Positions 1-11,481 of a stretch of 54,405 nt of DNA are shown piece after piece. The DNA is from an uncultured Bacilli bacterium. GTDB lineage: Bacteria; Bacillota_I; Bacilli_A; RF39; UBA660. Location of the stretch: assembly GCA_947628965.1 (NCBI GenBank), contig CANRBV010000004.1, positions 1 to 54,405 on the forward strand, written 5' to 3'. A model generated the notes under the pieces. The model saw only the letters and a program-made list of their open reading frames with translations. It ran no database searches and was not told the DNA's origin. How positions within the stretch are numbered: the first letter of the stretch is position 1; each line of letters starts with the position of its first letter. A program made the translations under genes and the position numbers.

Positions 1-132
1 CGTCCTTGACTAAATTTGATGAAAGACTAAGTTTCACTTCTTTGTCTTTGAACGCAATTTACTTTTTCAATTGAATTTTTTCTTAAAATAATAATTTTAC
101 TATTTACATTTTAAATAAAAAAGTGTAATATA

Positions 133-166
133 ATGGTAGACAGTGGTATATTGTGGAAGAAAGTGG
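133..166 (+). promoter_or_regulatory. MraZ-binding direct repeats (ATGG/GTGG x4, 10-bp period) just downstream of a -10 box
   Basis: atgg 133, gtgg 143, 153, 163 at exact 10-bp spacing before mraZ; TATAAT at 129-134; matches known GTGG-type MraZ operators. Confidence 0.75.
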
Positions 167-175
167 GGGATAAAC

Positions 176-610
176 ATGTTTATGGGTGAATATCATCATA
201 ATATTGATGATAAATCAAGACTTGTGTTACCTTCTAAGTTTCGGAACACCTTAGGAGAAGAGTTTATCGTAACACGAGGCTTAGAAAAGTGTTTGTATGT
301 TTATCCTAAAAAAGAATGGGAAAGAATAGAAGCACAATTAAAAACTCTACCTTTTACCAAAAAAGATGCCCGTACAATTGTTAGATTCCTCTTTTCTGGT
401 GCCACTGAGTGTGAGTTTGACCGTCAAGGTAGAACTTGCCTTACCTCCCCACTCATTAGTTACGCCGGTTTAACCAAAGAATGTGTGGTAATCGGCGCTA
501 ACGATCGTGTGGAAATATGGGACGAAGCAGCTTGGAATGAATTTATGAATACTAATAGTGACAAACTATCCGATATTGCGGAAAACTTATTTATGGATGT
601 GAATTTTTAA
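176..610 (+). CDS. mraZ: MraZ transcriptional regulator
   Basis: MFMGEYHHNIDDKSRLVLP and DRQGR motifs; start moved to ATG176 after GGGGA SD; first gene of dcw cluster. Confidence 0.97.
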   Translation: MFMGEYHHNIDDKSRLVLPSKFRNTLGEEFIVTRGLEKCLYVYPKKEWERIEAQLKTLPFTKKDARTIVRFLFSGATECEFDRQGRTCLTSPLISYAGLTKECVVIGANDRVEIWDEAAWNEFMNTNSDKLSDIAENLFMDVNF

Positions 611-1539
611 TGTTACATTATAGTGTCTTATTAAAAGAAGCAATTGAAAACTTAAATATTAAAGAAGACGGTATCTATGTAGATGCAACACTTGGATATG
701 CGGGTCATAGTAAATGTATTCTAAAAAAATTAAAAAAAGGCCATTTATTTGCTTTTGATAAAGATTTAGATGCTTTAACTTATTCGAAACAAGAACTACA
801 ACTTTTAGGAAAAAACTTTACTCTAATACATGATAATTTTGAAAATATGAAGAAATGTTTGGAAGAAAAGGGAATAAAGAAAGTAGATGGAATTCTTTTC
901 GATTTAGGAGTTTCAAGTCCTCAAATTGATGAAAAAACACGAGGCTTTTCCTTTATGCAAGATGGACCACTTGATATGCGTATGGATAAAAATCAAAAAC
1001 TTAGTGCTAAAGAAGTTGTAAATGAATACTCGCAAGAAGATTTATTAGAACTCTTTTATTCTTACGGAGAGGAAGCAAGAAGCAAACAAATAGTGGAAAA
1101 GATTATTCAAACTCGTAAAGAAAAAGAAATAACTAGGACAATGGAACTTGTAAATTTAATAGAACAAGCGGTTGGAGCAAAATATTTTTATACCCATCAT
1201 CCCGAAAGACAAATATTTCAAGCCATTCGTATTGAAGTAAATAATGAATTAAATGGTTTAGAAAAAATTTTACCAGATGCGATTTCTCTTTTAAAAAAAG
1301 GTGGTCGAATTTGTGTCATTACATTCCATTCTTTAGAAGATCGCATTGTAAAAAGAATTTTTAAAAAATATAGTGAAGTAGATGAAATGGTTAAAGGCTT
1401 ACCCGAAATACCAGAGTGTTTTAAACCAATAATAAAAATAGTAAGCAAAAAACCCATTCTTCCTACAAAAGAAGAAATCAAAGAAAATCCTCGAAGTAAA
1501 AGTGCAAAACTTCGTGTTATAGAAAAGGTGATAGAATGA
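610..1539 (+). CDS. rsmH: 16S rRNA m4C1402 methyltransferase
   Basis: HYSVLL, DATLGYAGH, DLGVSSPQ, FHSLEDRIVK, NPRSKSAKLR motifs. Confidence 0.98.
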   Translation: MLHYSVLLKEAIENLNIKEDGIYVDATLGYAGHSKCILKKLKKGHLFAFDKDLDALTYSKQELQLLGKNFTLIHDNFENMKKCLEEKGIKKVDGILFDLGVSSPQIDEKTRGFSFMQDGPLDMRMDKNQKLSAKEVVNEYSQEDLLELFYSYGEEARSKQIVEKIIQTRKEKEITRTMELVNLIEQAVGAKYFYTHHPERQIFQAIRIEVNNELNGLEKILPDAISLLKKGGRICVITFHSLEDRIVKRIFKKYSEVDEMVKGLPEIPECFKPIIKIVSKKPILPTKEEIKENPRSKSAKLRVIEKVIE

Positions 1540-1838
1540 AAAAAAGAAATGGAAAAAGTTATTATTTTGTTAAAGGAGAAAAACTTATTTATGCTGTGAT
1601 TTTTTTGCTTTTAATTGCAGTGCCTATTTCAAATGTCTTTACGAAAGCACTTTTATCTGAGTCGAATATAGAAGTTGAACAATTAAAAAATAAAATTAAT
1701 AATCAAGAAAATCTTAATGAAAGTTTAAGTATGCAAATTGATGAATTAGCTTCTTTAGATAAAATACAAGAACTTGCAAAAGAAATCGGTTTAAATTATA
1801 ATTATGATAATGTAAAAGTAATTAATAATAATCGTTAG
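1536..1838 (+). CDS. ftsL: Cell division protein FtsL
   Basis: Basic N-terminus, one TM helix, coiled coil; position between rsmH and pbpB. Confidence 0.85.
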   Translation: MKKRNGKSYYFVKGEKLIYAVIFLLLIAVPISNVFTKALLSESNIEVEQLKNKINNQENLNESLSMQIDELASLDKIQELAKEIGLNYNYDNVKVINNNR

Positions 1839-1848
1839 GAGAATCGAT

Positions 1849-3954
1849 ATGAAAAGAAACAATAGTCTAAAATTTAATGCAAAATTAACCATACTATTTG
1901 TTTCTTTTTTATTTATCATTATTGGTATAAAACTTATTTATGTAGCAACAAGCAAAAATGTAGATGGAATTGATTTACAAGTTTTTGCTAGCAATCGAAA
2001 TACAGAAAAAAAGATAACATATGCTTCACGCGGTTCTATTTATTATAGCAATGGTTCGGTTCTTGCCGAAGATGTAAATTCCTATACTCTTATTGCATAT
2101 TTGGAAAAAAAGAGAACAACGGATGAAAAAAATCCACAACATGTGGTAGATAAAGAAAGAACAGCAAAAGAATTAAGTACGATATTAAATATTGAAGAAG
2201 CGGAAATATTAAAAAAATTAAATTACGAAAATCGCTATCAGGTAGAATTAAAAAGAGGGATAACCGAAGTAGAAAAAAATAACATTTTGGCTCTTAATTT
2301 GCCTGGCCTTGATTTTATTAACGGAGTGAAAAGATACTATCCAAATAGTCGCTATGCTTCCTATATTCTTGGGTATGCCAAAGCAAATGATTTTGGTGAA
2401 ATTAATGGAGAAATGGGTCTTGAGTTATATTATAATGATACTTTAAAAGGAAAGAATGGTTATATTGAATATCAAAAGGATGCCTATGGTTATCAAATTC
2501 CTAATACTCCTTGGGATGAGGTAAAAAGCGAAAGTGGAAATAGTTTATATTTAACATTAAATTCGGATATTCAGCATTTATTAGAAAATTCTATAAGTGA
2601 GTTAGAAAAAGAATATAGTTTCGACTGGGCAAGTGTAAGTTTGATGAATGCCAAAACGGGAGAAATTTTAGGAAGTGCTAGTAGTCCTAATTTTGATTTA
2701 AATACGAGAAATGATTTGAAAAGTTACTTGAATCCTTTAGTCTCTTATCAATATGAACCAGGATCTGTTATGAAAATATTTTCTTTTATGGATGCAATTG
2801 AGAGTGGAAAATATGATGGGAAAAAAACTTATAAATCTGGGTCAACAACTTTAAGTGATGGAACGACTATTCGCGATTATAATAACGGAAAAGGATGGGG
2901 AGAAATCGACTTTGATACTGGATTTGCTCATTCAAGTAACGTTGCCGCGACTCTTTTAGCAAAAGAATTAGGCGCTGATAATCTAAGAACTTTTTATGAT
3001 ACATTAGGATTTGGGAAAAAAACAGGAATTGAACTTCCAAATGAAGTAGAAGGAAAAAATGTTTTTCAATACGAAAGTGAAGTTGCAACTGCTGCGTTTG
3101 GACAAGGAATTACTGTGACCCCTATTCAAATGCTTCAAGCCCTTAGTACACTTGCTAATGATGGAGTCATGGTAAAACCCTATCTCGTTTCTAAAATAGT
3201 GGATGAAAATGGAAATATTGTTGAAGAATATGGCCGTACGGAATTAGCAAAAGTTGCTAGTAAAGAAACAATTCAAAAAATGAAAGATTTGATGTATAGT
3301 GTCGTTTATGGAGTAGAAACAACAAATCATTTATTTGCTCCCGATAATGTGACTTTAATTGGTAAAACAGGTACAGCTCAAATTGCAAGCCCTACAGGAG
3401 GATATTTAGATGGAGAATACGATTACTTAAAAAGTTTTGCTGGCTTATTTCCCTATGAAGATCCAAAATATGTAATTTATATTTCGATAAATCAATTTGT
3501 TGGAGGTACGGCTGATGTTGCTAAAATTGTCCATAATATAGTTGAAGAAGCTGCTAAAAGTTTAAATATTGTTGAAATCGAAAGTGATGAAGATAAAACT
3601 AAAATTATTACATTATCAAATTATATTTCTAATGAAGTTACCACAACAGTAGAAAAATTGAAATTACTTGGCTTAAATCCTATTGTTATAGGGGATGGGA
3701 AATATATTACCAATCAATATCCTATAAAAGGAAAAAATGTTTTAATTGGATCAAAAATCTTTTTATTGACAAGTTCAACCAACTATAAAATGCCCAATGC
3801 TATAGGCTGGAGTACAAATGAAATTGTGACATTTTGCAATTTGATTGGTTTACCTTATGAACTTTCGGGTTATGGTAAAGTAATTAACTTAAGTATTGCC
3901 CCAGATAGTGTAATTGATAAAACGATTCCTTTAGAAATCTTTTTAGGAAATTAA
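1849..3954 (+). CDS. pbpB: Class B penicillin-binding protein (PBP2B/FtsI-like) with PASTA domains
   Basis: RGSIY, EPGSVMK (SxxK), SSN, KTGTAQ motifs; dcw position. Confidence 0.88.
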   Translation: MKRNNSLKFNAKLTILFVSFLFIIIGIKLIYVATSKNVDGIDLQVFASNRNTEKKITYASRGSIYYSNGSVLAEDVNSYTLIAYLEKKRTTDEKNPQHVVDKERTAKELSTILNIEEAEILKKLNYENRYQVELKRGITEVEKNNILALNLPGLDFINGVKRYYPNSRYASYILGYAKANDFGEINGEMGLELYYNDTLKGKNGYIEYQKDAYGYQIPNTPWDEVKSESGNSLYLTLNSDIQHLLENSISELEKEYSFDWASVSLMNAKTGEILGSASSPNFDLNTRNDLKSYLNPLVSYQYEPGSVMKIFSFMDAIESGKYDGKKTYKSGSTTLSDGTTIRDYNNGKGWGEIDFDTGFAHSSNVAATLLAKELGADNLRTFYDTLGFGKKTGIELPNEVEGKNVFQYESEVATAAFGQGITVTPIQMLQALSTLANDGVMVKPYLVSKIVDENGNIVEEYGRTELAKVASKETIQKMKDLMYSVVYGVETTNHLFAPDNVTLIGKTGTAQIASPTGGYLDGEYDYLKSFAGLFPYEDPKYVIYISINQFVGGTADVAKIVHNIVEEAAKSLNIVEIESDEDKTKIITLSNYISNEVTTTVEKLKLLGLNPIVIGDGKYITNQYPIKGKNVLIGSKIFLLTSSTNYKMPNAIGWSTNEIVTFCNLIGLPYELSGYGKVINLSIAPDSVIDKTIPLEIFLGN

Positions 3955-4007
3955 TTTGCAGTTTTTATGAACTTAAGGTATAATTATAAAATAAAAGAGG
4001 TGTTTTC

Positions 4008-6263
4008 ATGAACATAGATATTTATAATAAAAAAGTAGCCCAATTTCAATTAGAAGTAAATGAATTAGAAAAAAGAATAATTCATGATGCTATTCCCCTG
4101 GCAAATATTTTTGATTTTAATACTTTAAAAAAAGAAGTAGAAATTCTTTTAAATGAATATACTTCTATTTATGAAAGCATAGCAAATTTGGTAAATCGCC
4201 AACAATTATTAGAATATTTAGAGACCGAAAATAATTTCTTAACTTTATTAGTTTCAATGTTAAATCATTTAAATCATTATCATAACGTGATCGGATTTGT
4301 AGAAAACGCTCAAATTGAAAGAGAATGGATAGATGTAAAAAAAGTCCTTTCCTTTAATTATGCAAAGAGTACGATTTATAAAAAATTAGCTGAAAAACTT
4401 AAAAGTTTTACGACACCTTCAAAAGAGCCTACCCCAAAAGATAACCAAGAATTTTTTGAATTAAAAGACCAATTGACTATATTAGAATCATCTAAAGATA
4501 TGGATGAAGCTTTTAATCGAATCGAAGAACTTGGAAATAGCGAAGCAAGTTTACAAGAAAAAAATGACGAAATCGAAAAATTAAAAAAATTAGGGAAAGA
4601 AACGATCGCTTCATTGGAACATTTCTTTGAAATGGAAGAAATAGAATACGAAGAGGATGCAAAGATAAATATAGAAACAATCGCTAAAGATCAATTACAA
4701 GTTGATGAAGAATATTTAAATACTCTTTCTTATCTTCCTGATAAAATTGAATACATTAAAAAAATTATCTCTAATATTGAAAAAATGCCAGGCAAAAAAG
4801 TATCATTAAAATATAAGGAAACCAAAAAAAGAATTTCTTCAAAATATCAATCTAAATGGTTGAAATGCCAATCTTTATTAAATAAATATGTAAATGAAAT
4901 GCAAGAAGATATAAACGAAATGACTCCTTCTACAGAGGAAACTATATACTTAAAAAAAGAATATTCTTATTTATATGAAGACTATAAAATGGCCGAAAAA
5001 GAATTATTTACTCTTGTACAAAATGCTAAAAATGAAGATAGCCAAAATCTTATTGCTGTAGCTTCTTTTAATAAAGAACCTCTTTATATTTCAAAAAATG
5101 ATTTAGAAAAATTTAATCAAATTTTTGTTTTATATAAAAAGTATCAAAATCGATTAAATCGTTTTGCTTTAGAAAATCATTTTGATATAATAGATACTAA
5201 AGATAAGTTAGAAACGATAGAAGAAGCAGAACTTAAAATTTATAAAGAAATCAAATCTTTAGAAAAGCAAAGTACTTCTTTTGAAAGCAAAGAGAAAATA
5301 AAAACTTTGAAAGAAAAATTAACTCGCTTTAATAAAGGAAAAAAATTAGCTCTATTTGCTAATTTAAAAATGAAGTTAAAAAGTCTTACAAACGATGATA
5401 AGAAACAAGAAGTTTTATTATCAATTGCTGAAAATCCTGAAAAATTAATAGAATCAGAGGATTATACAAAAGAAGAAAAGAAAACAATTTTAGAAAAGAT
5501 AATGAAATGTTTAAAAGTTTCTGATAAGGAACAAAAAGAAACTTTATTAGAAAGACAATTGTTAAAAATAAAAAAATGCTTTCATATTCTTCCTAAAAAA
5601 GAGAAGCATGTTCATAAAATAATGAAAGTAAGAGAAGCTAAGAATAAACAAGCATTAGCAGGTGCTCTTTCTGCTATGGTTATTGGAACTGCTATTTTAG
5701 GAATTTCCTCTTTGACAAATACAACACTTTTAGATGCCAATCCTATTGAAAATGAAATAAGTAATGATGATTCCGTTTGGGAAACAAAGGAAGACTATCA
5801 ATATTTTAATATTATTGAAATGGATAATAAAACCAATACATCAGCAAAAGAAGTCAGTGTTGATACTATTGAAGAAAAAAATCTCATTCAAAAGGACCTA
5901 TTAGAAGAAGATAAGAATCCGCATGATTTTGGCGATACTTTCACTACGACAGGAATAATATATAAAAATCAAAATGATATGGCAAATGAGGAAAAGGAAG
6001 TAAAAACCTATTTTGATGCTTTAAGTACTAGAAAAATAGGTGGAATTGTTTATGATTATAATGGCGAAAAAATCACTATTTTTGATACAGATACGGATGC
6101 AGAAGCTAAAAAAACGGCTTTAGAAAAAAATGGTGCTAAACAAATTGGTTATGTCGGCAGAAATAAAAATGCCAATTATAAAGGTTATGAAGGCTTCTTT
6201 AATGAAAATGATGTTAATTTCTCTAATGAGGAAGAAGAAATTATTTTAGGAGGAGGGCGCTAA
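4008..6263 (+). CDS. Hypothetical 751-aa coiled-coil protein with a late TM segment and C-terminal domain
   Basis: Long ORF with GAGGTG SD; E/K-rich helical body; hydrophobic ALAGALSAMVIGTAILGISSL. Confidence 0.75.
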   Translation: MNIDIYNKKVAQFQLEVNELEKRIIHDAIPLANIFDFNTLKKEVEILLNEYTSIYESIANLVNRQQLLEYLETENNFLTLLVSMLNHLNHYHNVIGFVENAQIEREWIDVKKVLSFNYAKSTIYKKLAEKLKSFTTPSKEPTPKDNQEFFELKDQLTILESSKDMDEAFNRIEELGNSEASLQEKNDEIEKLKKLGKETIASLEHFFEMEEIEYEEDAKINIETIAKDQLQVDEEYLNTLSYLPDKIEYIKKIISNIEKMPGKKVSLKYKETKKRISSKYQSKWLKCQSLLNKYVNEMQEDINEMTPSTEETIYLKKEYSYLYEDYKMAEKELFTLVQNAKNEDSQNLIAVASFNKEPLYISKNDLEKFNQIFVLYKKYQNRLNRFALENHFDIIDTKDKLETIEEAELKIYKEIKSLEKQSTSFESKEKIKTLKEKLTRFNKGKKLALFANLKMKLKSLTNDDKKQEVLLSIAENPEKLIESEDYTKEEKKTILEKIMKCLKVSDKEQKETLLERQLLKIKKCFHILPKKEKHVHKIMKVREAKNKQALAGALSAMVIGTAILGISSLTNTTLLDANPIENEISNDDSVWETKEDYQYFNIIEMDNKTNTSAKEVSVDTIEEKNLIQKDLLEEDKNPHDFGDTFTTTGIIYKNQNDMANEEKEVKTYFDALSTRKIGGIVYDYNGEKITIFDTDTDAEAKKTALEKNGAKQIGYVGRNKNANYKGYEGFFNENDVNFSNEEEEIILGGGR

Positions 6264-6550
6264 TGGAAAAATTAGAATTATATAAAATTTTAACGATTGA
6301 GTGTGAAGATGGAAAAAATCATGATTATACAATAGCCAATATGACAGATTATAATGAAAGTACTTATTTATATTTAATCGAAGTTGATGAAAATGAAAAT
6401 CTCATTGAGCAGAATCAAATGATTGTTAAATTAGTATTGGATAATAAAGAACAAGCTGTAGAAAAAGTAACCGATAATGAAGAACTAAAGGAAATTTCAA
6501 GAATCTTTTTTGAATTATTTAAAGAAAATCTAGAAGAAGAAAACGATTAG
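6263..6550 (+). CDS. DUF1292-like small acidic protein
   Basis: Small acidic protein; YLYLIEVDE and VEKVTDNEELKEI pattern; GGAGG SD. Confidence 0.6.
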   Translation: MEKLELYKILTIECEDGKNHDYTIANMTDYNESTYLYLIEVDENENLIEQNQMIVKLVLDNKEQAVEKVTDNEELKEISRIFFELFKENLEEEND

Positions 6551-6631
6551 GAAATACTAATTGTTTTTTTTAAATTATATTAATAATTTGTTTTCTTTAG
6601 AAATAAAATAGTAAAAAGGAGAGCCTGGGTT

Positions 6632-8539
6632 ATGTTTTTTAATCGATTACATATTCGAATGCGTATTGTATTAGTAGTAGTGTGTATCCTTTTAGTTTTA
6701 ATTATTTTTAAAGTATTTTATATTCAAGTATTTCAATATAATAAGTTAAGTACTTTAGCTGAATCTCTATGGAGTCGAAAACTTCCAATTACGGCTGATC
6801 GAGGAGAAATAAGAGATAGAAATGGCAAAGTTTTAGCAACAAATATAACAACAACTTCTTTAGTGGTTATTCCAAATCAAATTAAAAATAAAGAAGAAGT
6901 TGCTACAAAGTTGGCTGAAATTTTAAATGTAGATTATGAGGAAATTTATCGCCATATTAGTAAAAAAACTTCCATCGAAAGAGTTCATCCAGAAGGAAGG
7001 CAACTGTCTTATGAAGTTGCTGAACAAATTAACAATTTAAATTATGATGGGGTATATTTAGTTAAAGAAAGTAAAAGATACTATCCGTATGGTAATGTAT
7101 TGTCCCATGTTCTTGGTTATGTTGGGATTGATAATCAAGGGCTTTCAGGAATCGAGTTAAATTACGATGAATATTTAACAGGAGAAGATGGAGCAATTAA
7201 ATATTTTTCCGATGGTAAGGGGAATCGTCTTTCTTTAACCGAAATTTATGAAGAACCTCAAAATGGTATTAATGTTGATTTAACAATTGATATTGATTTA
7301 CAACTTTCTATAGAAAATGAACTCGATAATGTCGTTGCTAAATATAATCCTGATCAAGCCCTCATTTTAGCAATGAATCCTAAAACGGGGGAAATTCTTG
7401 CTATGTCTAGTCGACCTAATTTTAATCCCAATTCCTATCAAACAGCTTCAACAGAAGTAATCAATCGAAATTTACCTATATGGATGACTTATGAACCAGG
7501 GTCTACTTTTAAAGTTATTACGCTTGCAGCTTCTTTACAAGAACAAACCATTAATCTATTTAAAGATAATTATTATGATAGTGGGTCTATTGCTGTAGAA
7601 AATGCTCGAATTAAATGCTGGAAAGCAGGAGGCCATGGTGCAGAAACATTTTTACAAGTTGTTGAAAACTCTTGCAACCCAGGGTTTGTGGTAATGGGAC
7701 AGAAGCTAGGGGCAGAACGATTATTAAATTATATTAAAAATTTTGGCTTTGGTAAAAAAACGGGAATTGATTTAAATGGAGAAGCAAGTGGTATTTTATT
7801 TTCATTAGAACAGATGGGCCCAGTAGAACTTGCAACAACTAGTTTTGGACAAGGAATAAGTGTAACTCCCATTCAACAAGTACGTGCTGTCTCTGCTGCT
7901 ATTAACGGAGGAATTTTACATACTCCTTACATTGTATCCAAAATGACCGAACCAGAAACGAATAGTGTCATTAAATTATTTAACCCTGATGAAGGAGTTC
8001 GGGTTATTAGTGAGGATACGAGTAAAATGGTAAGATATGCTTTAGAAAGTGTTGTTGCCAATGGTTCTGGAAAAAACGCTTATATTGAAAACTATCGAAT
8101 TGGGGGAAAAACAGGAACGGCTCAAAAAGTAAAAGATGGGGCTTATATGGTAGGAAATTATATTTTATCTTTTATGGGATTTATGCCAGCGGATGACCCA
8201 GAAATTGTTGTATATGTTGCAATCGATAATCCAAAGGGCGTTACACAATATGGTGGCGTTGTTTCTGCACCTATTGCCAAAAATGTTTTTAAAACGGCGA
8301 TAGAACTTTATGGATATGCTAAAACGAATGAAGGAATGCCAAGAGAATATACTTGGTTAGATAAAAAATATAAAATGCTTCCCGATGTGGTTGGAATGAA
8401 TTTAAAAGATGCTAAAACAACACTTAAAGATTTTCAAGTCATTACAAGTGGTAGTGGAGATAAAGTGATTTATCAAAGTCCAGAAGGAAACTATTATGCT
8501 GAAGAAGGAAGTAAAATCTCTCTGTTATTGTCTAACTAG
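6632..8539 (+). CDS. spoVD: Stage V sporulation protein D (spore PBP)
   Basis: RGEIRDRNG, EPGSTFK, SCN, KTGTAQK; second class B PBP following pbpB as in Bacillus. Confidence 0.9.
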   Translation: MFFNRLHIRMRIVLVVVCILLVLIIFKVFYIQVFQYNKLSTLAESLWSRKLPITADRGEIRDRNGKVLATNITTTSLVVIPNQIKNKEEVATKLAEILNVDYEEIYRHISKKTSIERVHPEGRQLSYEVAEQINNLNYDGVYLVKESKRYYPYGNVLSHVLGYVGIDNQGLSGIELNYDEYLTGEDGAIKYFSDGKGNRLSLTEIYEEPQNGINVDLTIDIDLQLSIENELDNVVAKYNPDQALILAMNPKTGEILAMSSRPNFNPNSYQTASTEVINRNLPIWMTYEPGSTFKVITLAASLQEQTINLFKDNYYDSGSIAVENARIKCWKAGGHGAETFLQVVENSCNPGFVVMGQKLGAERLLNYIKNFGFGKKTGIDLNGEASGILFSLEQMGPVELATTSFGQGISVTPIQQVRAVSAAINGGILHTPYIVSKMTEPETNSVIKLFNPDEGVRVISEDTSKMVRYALESVVANGSGKNAYIENYRIGGKTGTAQKVKDGAYMVGNYILSFMGFMPADDPEIVVYVAIDNPKGVTQYGGVVSAPIAKNVFKTAIELYGYAKTNEGMPREYTWLDKKYKMLPDVVGMNLKDAKTTLKDFQVITSGSGDKVIYQSPEGNYYAEEGSKISLLLSN

Positions 8540-8612
8540 TGTCAATTTTAGTAGGTGATATAATTTGTTTTAAGAAAAATATTGTATAATTTGATTACGA
8601 GGTGAATTTCAT

Positions 8613-9605
8613 ATGTTAATATTAGCAAAAACAGCCATGGCTATAATGCTTGGTTTTGTAATCTCAATGCTTTTTGGTTTCTTTTTTGTTCGATTTGCCC
8701 GTTGTAAAAAATTAGGTCAAAACGTAAGTCATACGATTGGAGAGCGTCATTTAAAAAAGAATGGAACACCTACAATGGGAGGAATTATTTTTATATTTCC
8801 AGTTTTGCTTTCATTATTTTTACTTTATATTCGTGGAAGTATTTCGATTAATTCCAATTTATTAATTTTAGTTTTTGTTTTTGTAGCCTATGCTATATTG
8901 GGTTTTATTGATGATTATTTAAAAATAAAGTTTAAAAATAATGTAGGAATCAGTATTACGACAAAGTTCTTAATTCAAATGGGTATTGCTTTAGTTTTTT
9001 TCTATATTTTTATGAAAAATGGTGGAGAACCTGTTTTATGGATTACTTCTCTTAATATAAGTATTCCTATGGGATGGTTGTTTGGTATCTTTATTCTTTT
9101 TGTTTTAGTAGGAACAAGTAATGCTGTTAACATTACCGATGGTTTAGATGGTTTAGCGGGAGGCCTATCTGCTATTGCCTTTTTAGCTTTTGGTATTATC
9201 TCATGGAATACTGGTTGGATGGAAGGTTATGAAGAGGTTGCCATTTTTTGTTTTTTACTTGTAGGAAGTTTACTAGGTTTCTTGCTTTATAATTCTCATC
9301 CAGCTAAAATATTTATGGGAGATTTAGGAAGTCTTGCTTTAGGGGGTGCCTTAGCAACCGTTGCTATTATAACAAGACATGAACTTTCTTTAGTTCTGGT
9401 TGGTGGGGTGTTTGTCGTCGAAACCTTATCTAGTTTTATTCAAATAATTGCTATTAAAAAATTTCATAAAAAAGTGTTTAAAATGGCCCCATTACATCAT
9501 CATTTTGAACAACTGGGATGGCAAGAAACCGATATTGTTAAATTTTTCTGGGTAATTGGATTTTTACTTGCGATGGCTGCAATTACTTATGGTGTGTGGA
9601 TTTAA
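8613..9605 (+). CDS. mraY: Phospho-N-acetylmuramoyl-pentapeptide transferase
   Basis: KNGTPTMGG, DDYLK, NAVNITDGLDGL, FMGDLGS, APLHHHFE. Confidence 0.98.
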   Translation: MLILAKTAMAIMLGFVISMLFGFFFVRFARCKKLGQNVSHTIGERHLKKNGTPTMGGIIFIFPVLLSLFLLYIRGSISINSNLLILVFVFVAYAILGFIDDYLKIKFKNNVGISITTKFLIQMGIALVFFYIFMKNGGEPVLWITSLNISIPMGWLFGIFILFVLVGTSNAVNITDGLDGLAGGLSAIAFLAFGIISWNTGWMEGYEEVAIFCFLLVGSLLGFLLYNSHPAKIFMGDLGSLALGGALATVAIITRHELSLVLVGGVFVVETLSSFIQIIAIKKFHKKVFKMAPLHHHFEQLGWQETDIVKFFWVIGFLLAMAAITYGVWI

Positions 9606-9669
9606 ATCCATTTTTTTCTTTTTTATTACTTTTCTTTTTAGTAAAAATCAGTATAATAGTAAGTAGTGA

Positions 9670-11472
9670 TTGTTTATGGAACAAAAAAAAATACGTAATT
9701 TTTCAATTATAGCCCATATTGATCATGGGAAAAGTACGCTTGCGGATCGAATGCTTGAAATAACGCATGCGATTGATAAAAGAGAAATGGTTGAGCAAGT
9801 CTTAGATAATATGGATTTAGAAAGAGAAAGAGGCATTACAATTAAACTAAACGCTGTACGTTTAAATTATAATTATCAAGGGAAGGAGTACATTTTAAAT
9901 TTAATTGATACTCCAGGACATGTTGATTTTTCTTATGAAGTCTCTAGAAGTTTGGCAGCTTGTGAAGGGGCTATTTTAGTTGTAGATGCTGCCCAAGGGA
10001 TTGAAGCTCAAACTCTAGCCAATCTTTATTTAGCAATGCAAAATGATTTAACCATTATTCCTGTCATTAATAAAATCGATTTACCAAATGCAAATATTAT
10101 AAAAGTAAAAGAAGAATTAATAAAAGTTTTTGGTTTTAAAGAAGAAGAAATTTTGCTTTGTAGTGGTAAAACTGGTGTAGGAGTAAAGGAAATATTAAAC
10201 GCCGTAATAGAAAGAATTGCTCCTCCAAAAAATCATATTACTGAACCATTGCGTGCTCTAATATTTGATTCTTATTTTGATCCTTATAAAGGAATTGTTG
10301 CTTTAGTAAAAGTAGTGGATGGTTCGCTACATATTAAAGATACGATTAAAATGATGGCGAGTGGAAAATTATTTGAAGTTACTGAACTTGGAGTACATAC
10401 GCCTAAAGAAAAAAAATTGTCTACTTTAGAAAGTGGAGAAGTAGGATATGTCTGTGCAAGTATTAAAGATATAACGAGTGTTGAAGTAGGGGATACGATA
10501 ACTTTAAATGAAAATAGTGCACTTTCTCCTCTTACAGGTTACAAAAAAATGAAACCTATGGTTTATTCTGGAATATTTCCCATTGAACCAAATAAATATG
10601 AAAGTCTAAAAGAAGCGATTGAAAAATTAAAATTAAATGATGCAGCTCTTACCTTTGAACCAGAAACATCTAGTGCTTTAGGATTTGGCTTTCGAATGGG
10701 TTTTTTAGGGCTTTTACATATGGATATTATCATGAGTCGTTTAGAAAGAGAATTTCATTTAGATATTATTGCGACGAGTCCAAATGTTATTTACAAAGTA
10801 TACAAAACCGATGGGGAGATTTTAGAAATAGATTCCCCAAATAAAATGCCCGATAATACTTATATTTCTAAAATAGAAGAGCCTTATATTTTTACTAATA
10901 TCATTGTTCCTAATGAGTATATCGGGGCTATTATGGAATTATGTCAAAATAAAAGAGGAATTTATAAATCTATAGAATATATAGAAGATACACGCGCAAA
11001 TATTCACTATGAAATTCCTTTATCTGAAATTGTCTATGATTTTTTTGATAAATTAAAAAGTACGACGAAAGGGTATGCTTCTTTTGATTATGAACTATGT
11101 GGTTATAAAGAAAGCAAGTTAGTGAAAATGAATGTTTTGTTAAATGGTGAAGTTGTCGATGCCCTATCCATTATTGTTCATAAAGATTTTGCGTATACAA
11201 GAGGTAGACAAATAGTGGATAAGCTAAAAAAACTAATTCCTCGCCAAATGTTTCAGGTTCCAATTCAAGCAAGTATTGGTTCTAAAATCATTGCAAGGGA
11301 AAACATTAGTGCTATCAAAAAAAATGTTTTGGCAAAATGTTATGGAGGAGATGTTTCACGCAAACGAAAATTATTAGAAAAGCAAAAAGAAGGAAAAAAG
11401 AAGATGAAAATGCTCGGTAGTGTTGAAGTACCAAAAGAAGCCTTTTTAGAAATTTTAAAAGAAGAAAGTTAG
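9670..11472 (+). CDS. lepA: Elongation factor 4
   Basis: [46 protein letters not shown]; ATG9676 is an alternative start. Confidence 0.99.
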   Translation: MFMEQKKIRNFSIIAHIDHGKSTLADRMLEITHAIDKREMVEQVLDNMDLERERGITIKLNAVRLNYNYQGKEYILNLIDTPGHVDFSYEVSRSLAACEGAILVVDAAQGIEAQTLANLYLAMQNDLTIIPVINKIDLPNANIIKVKEELIKVFGFKEEEILLCSGKTGVGVKEILNAVIERIAPPKNHITEPLRALIFDSYFDPYKGIVALVKVVDGSLHIKDTIKMMASGKLFEVTELGVHTPKEKKLSTLESGEVGYVCASIKDITSVEVGDTITLNENSALSPLTGYKKMKPMVYSGIFPIEPNKYESLKEAIEKLKLNDAALTFEPETSSALGFGFRMGFLGLLHMDIIMSRLEREFHLDIIATSPNVIYKVYKTDGEILEIDSPNKMPDNTYISKIEEPYIFTNIIVPNEYIGAIMELCQNKRGIYKSIEYIEDTRANIHYEIPLSEIVYDFFDKLKSTTKGYASFDYELCGYKESKLVKMNVLLNGEVVDALSIIVHKDFAYTRGRQIVDKLKKLIPRQMFQVPIQASIGSKIIARENISAIKKNVLAKCYGGDVSRKRKLLEKQKEGKKKMKMLGSVEVPKEAFLEILKEES

Positions 11473-11481
11473 GTGTAAAAC

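Noticed and set aside
1-84. Possible 3' end of an upstream gene or leader at the window edge
   Set aside because: Too short and truncated to assign.
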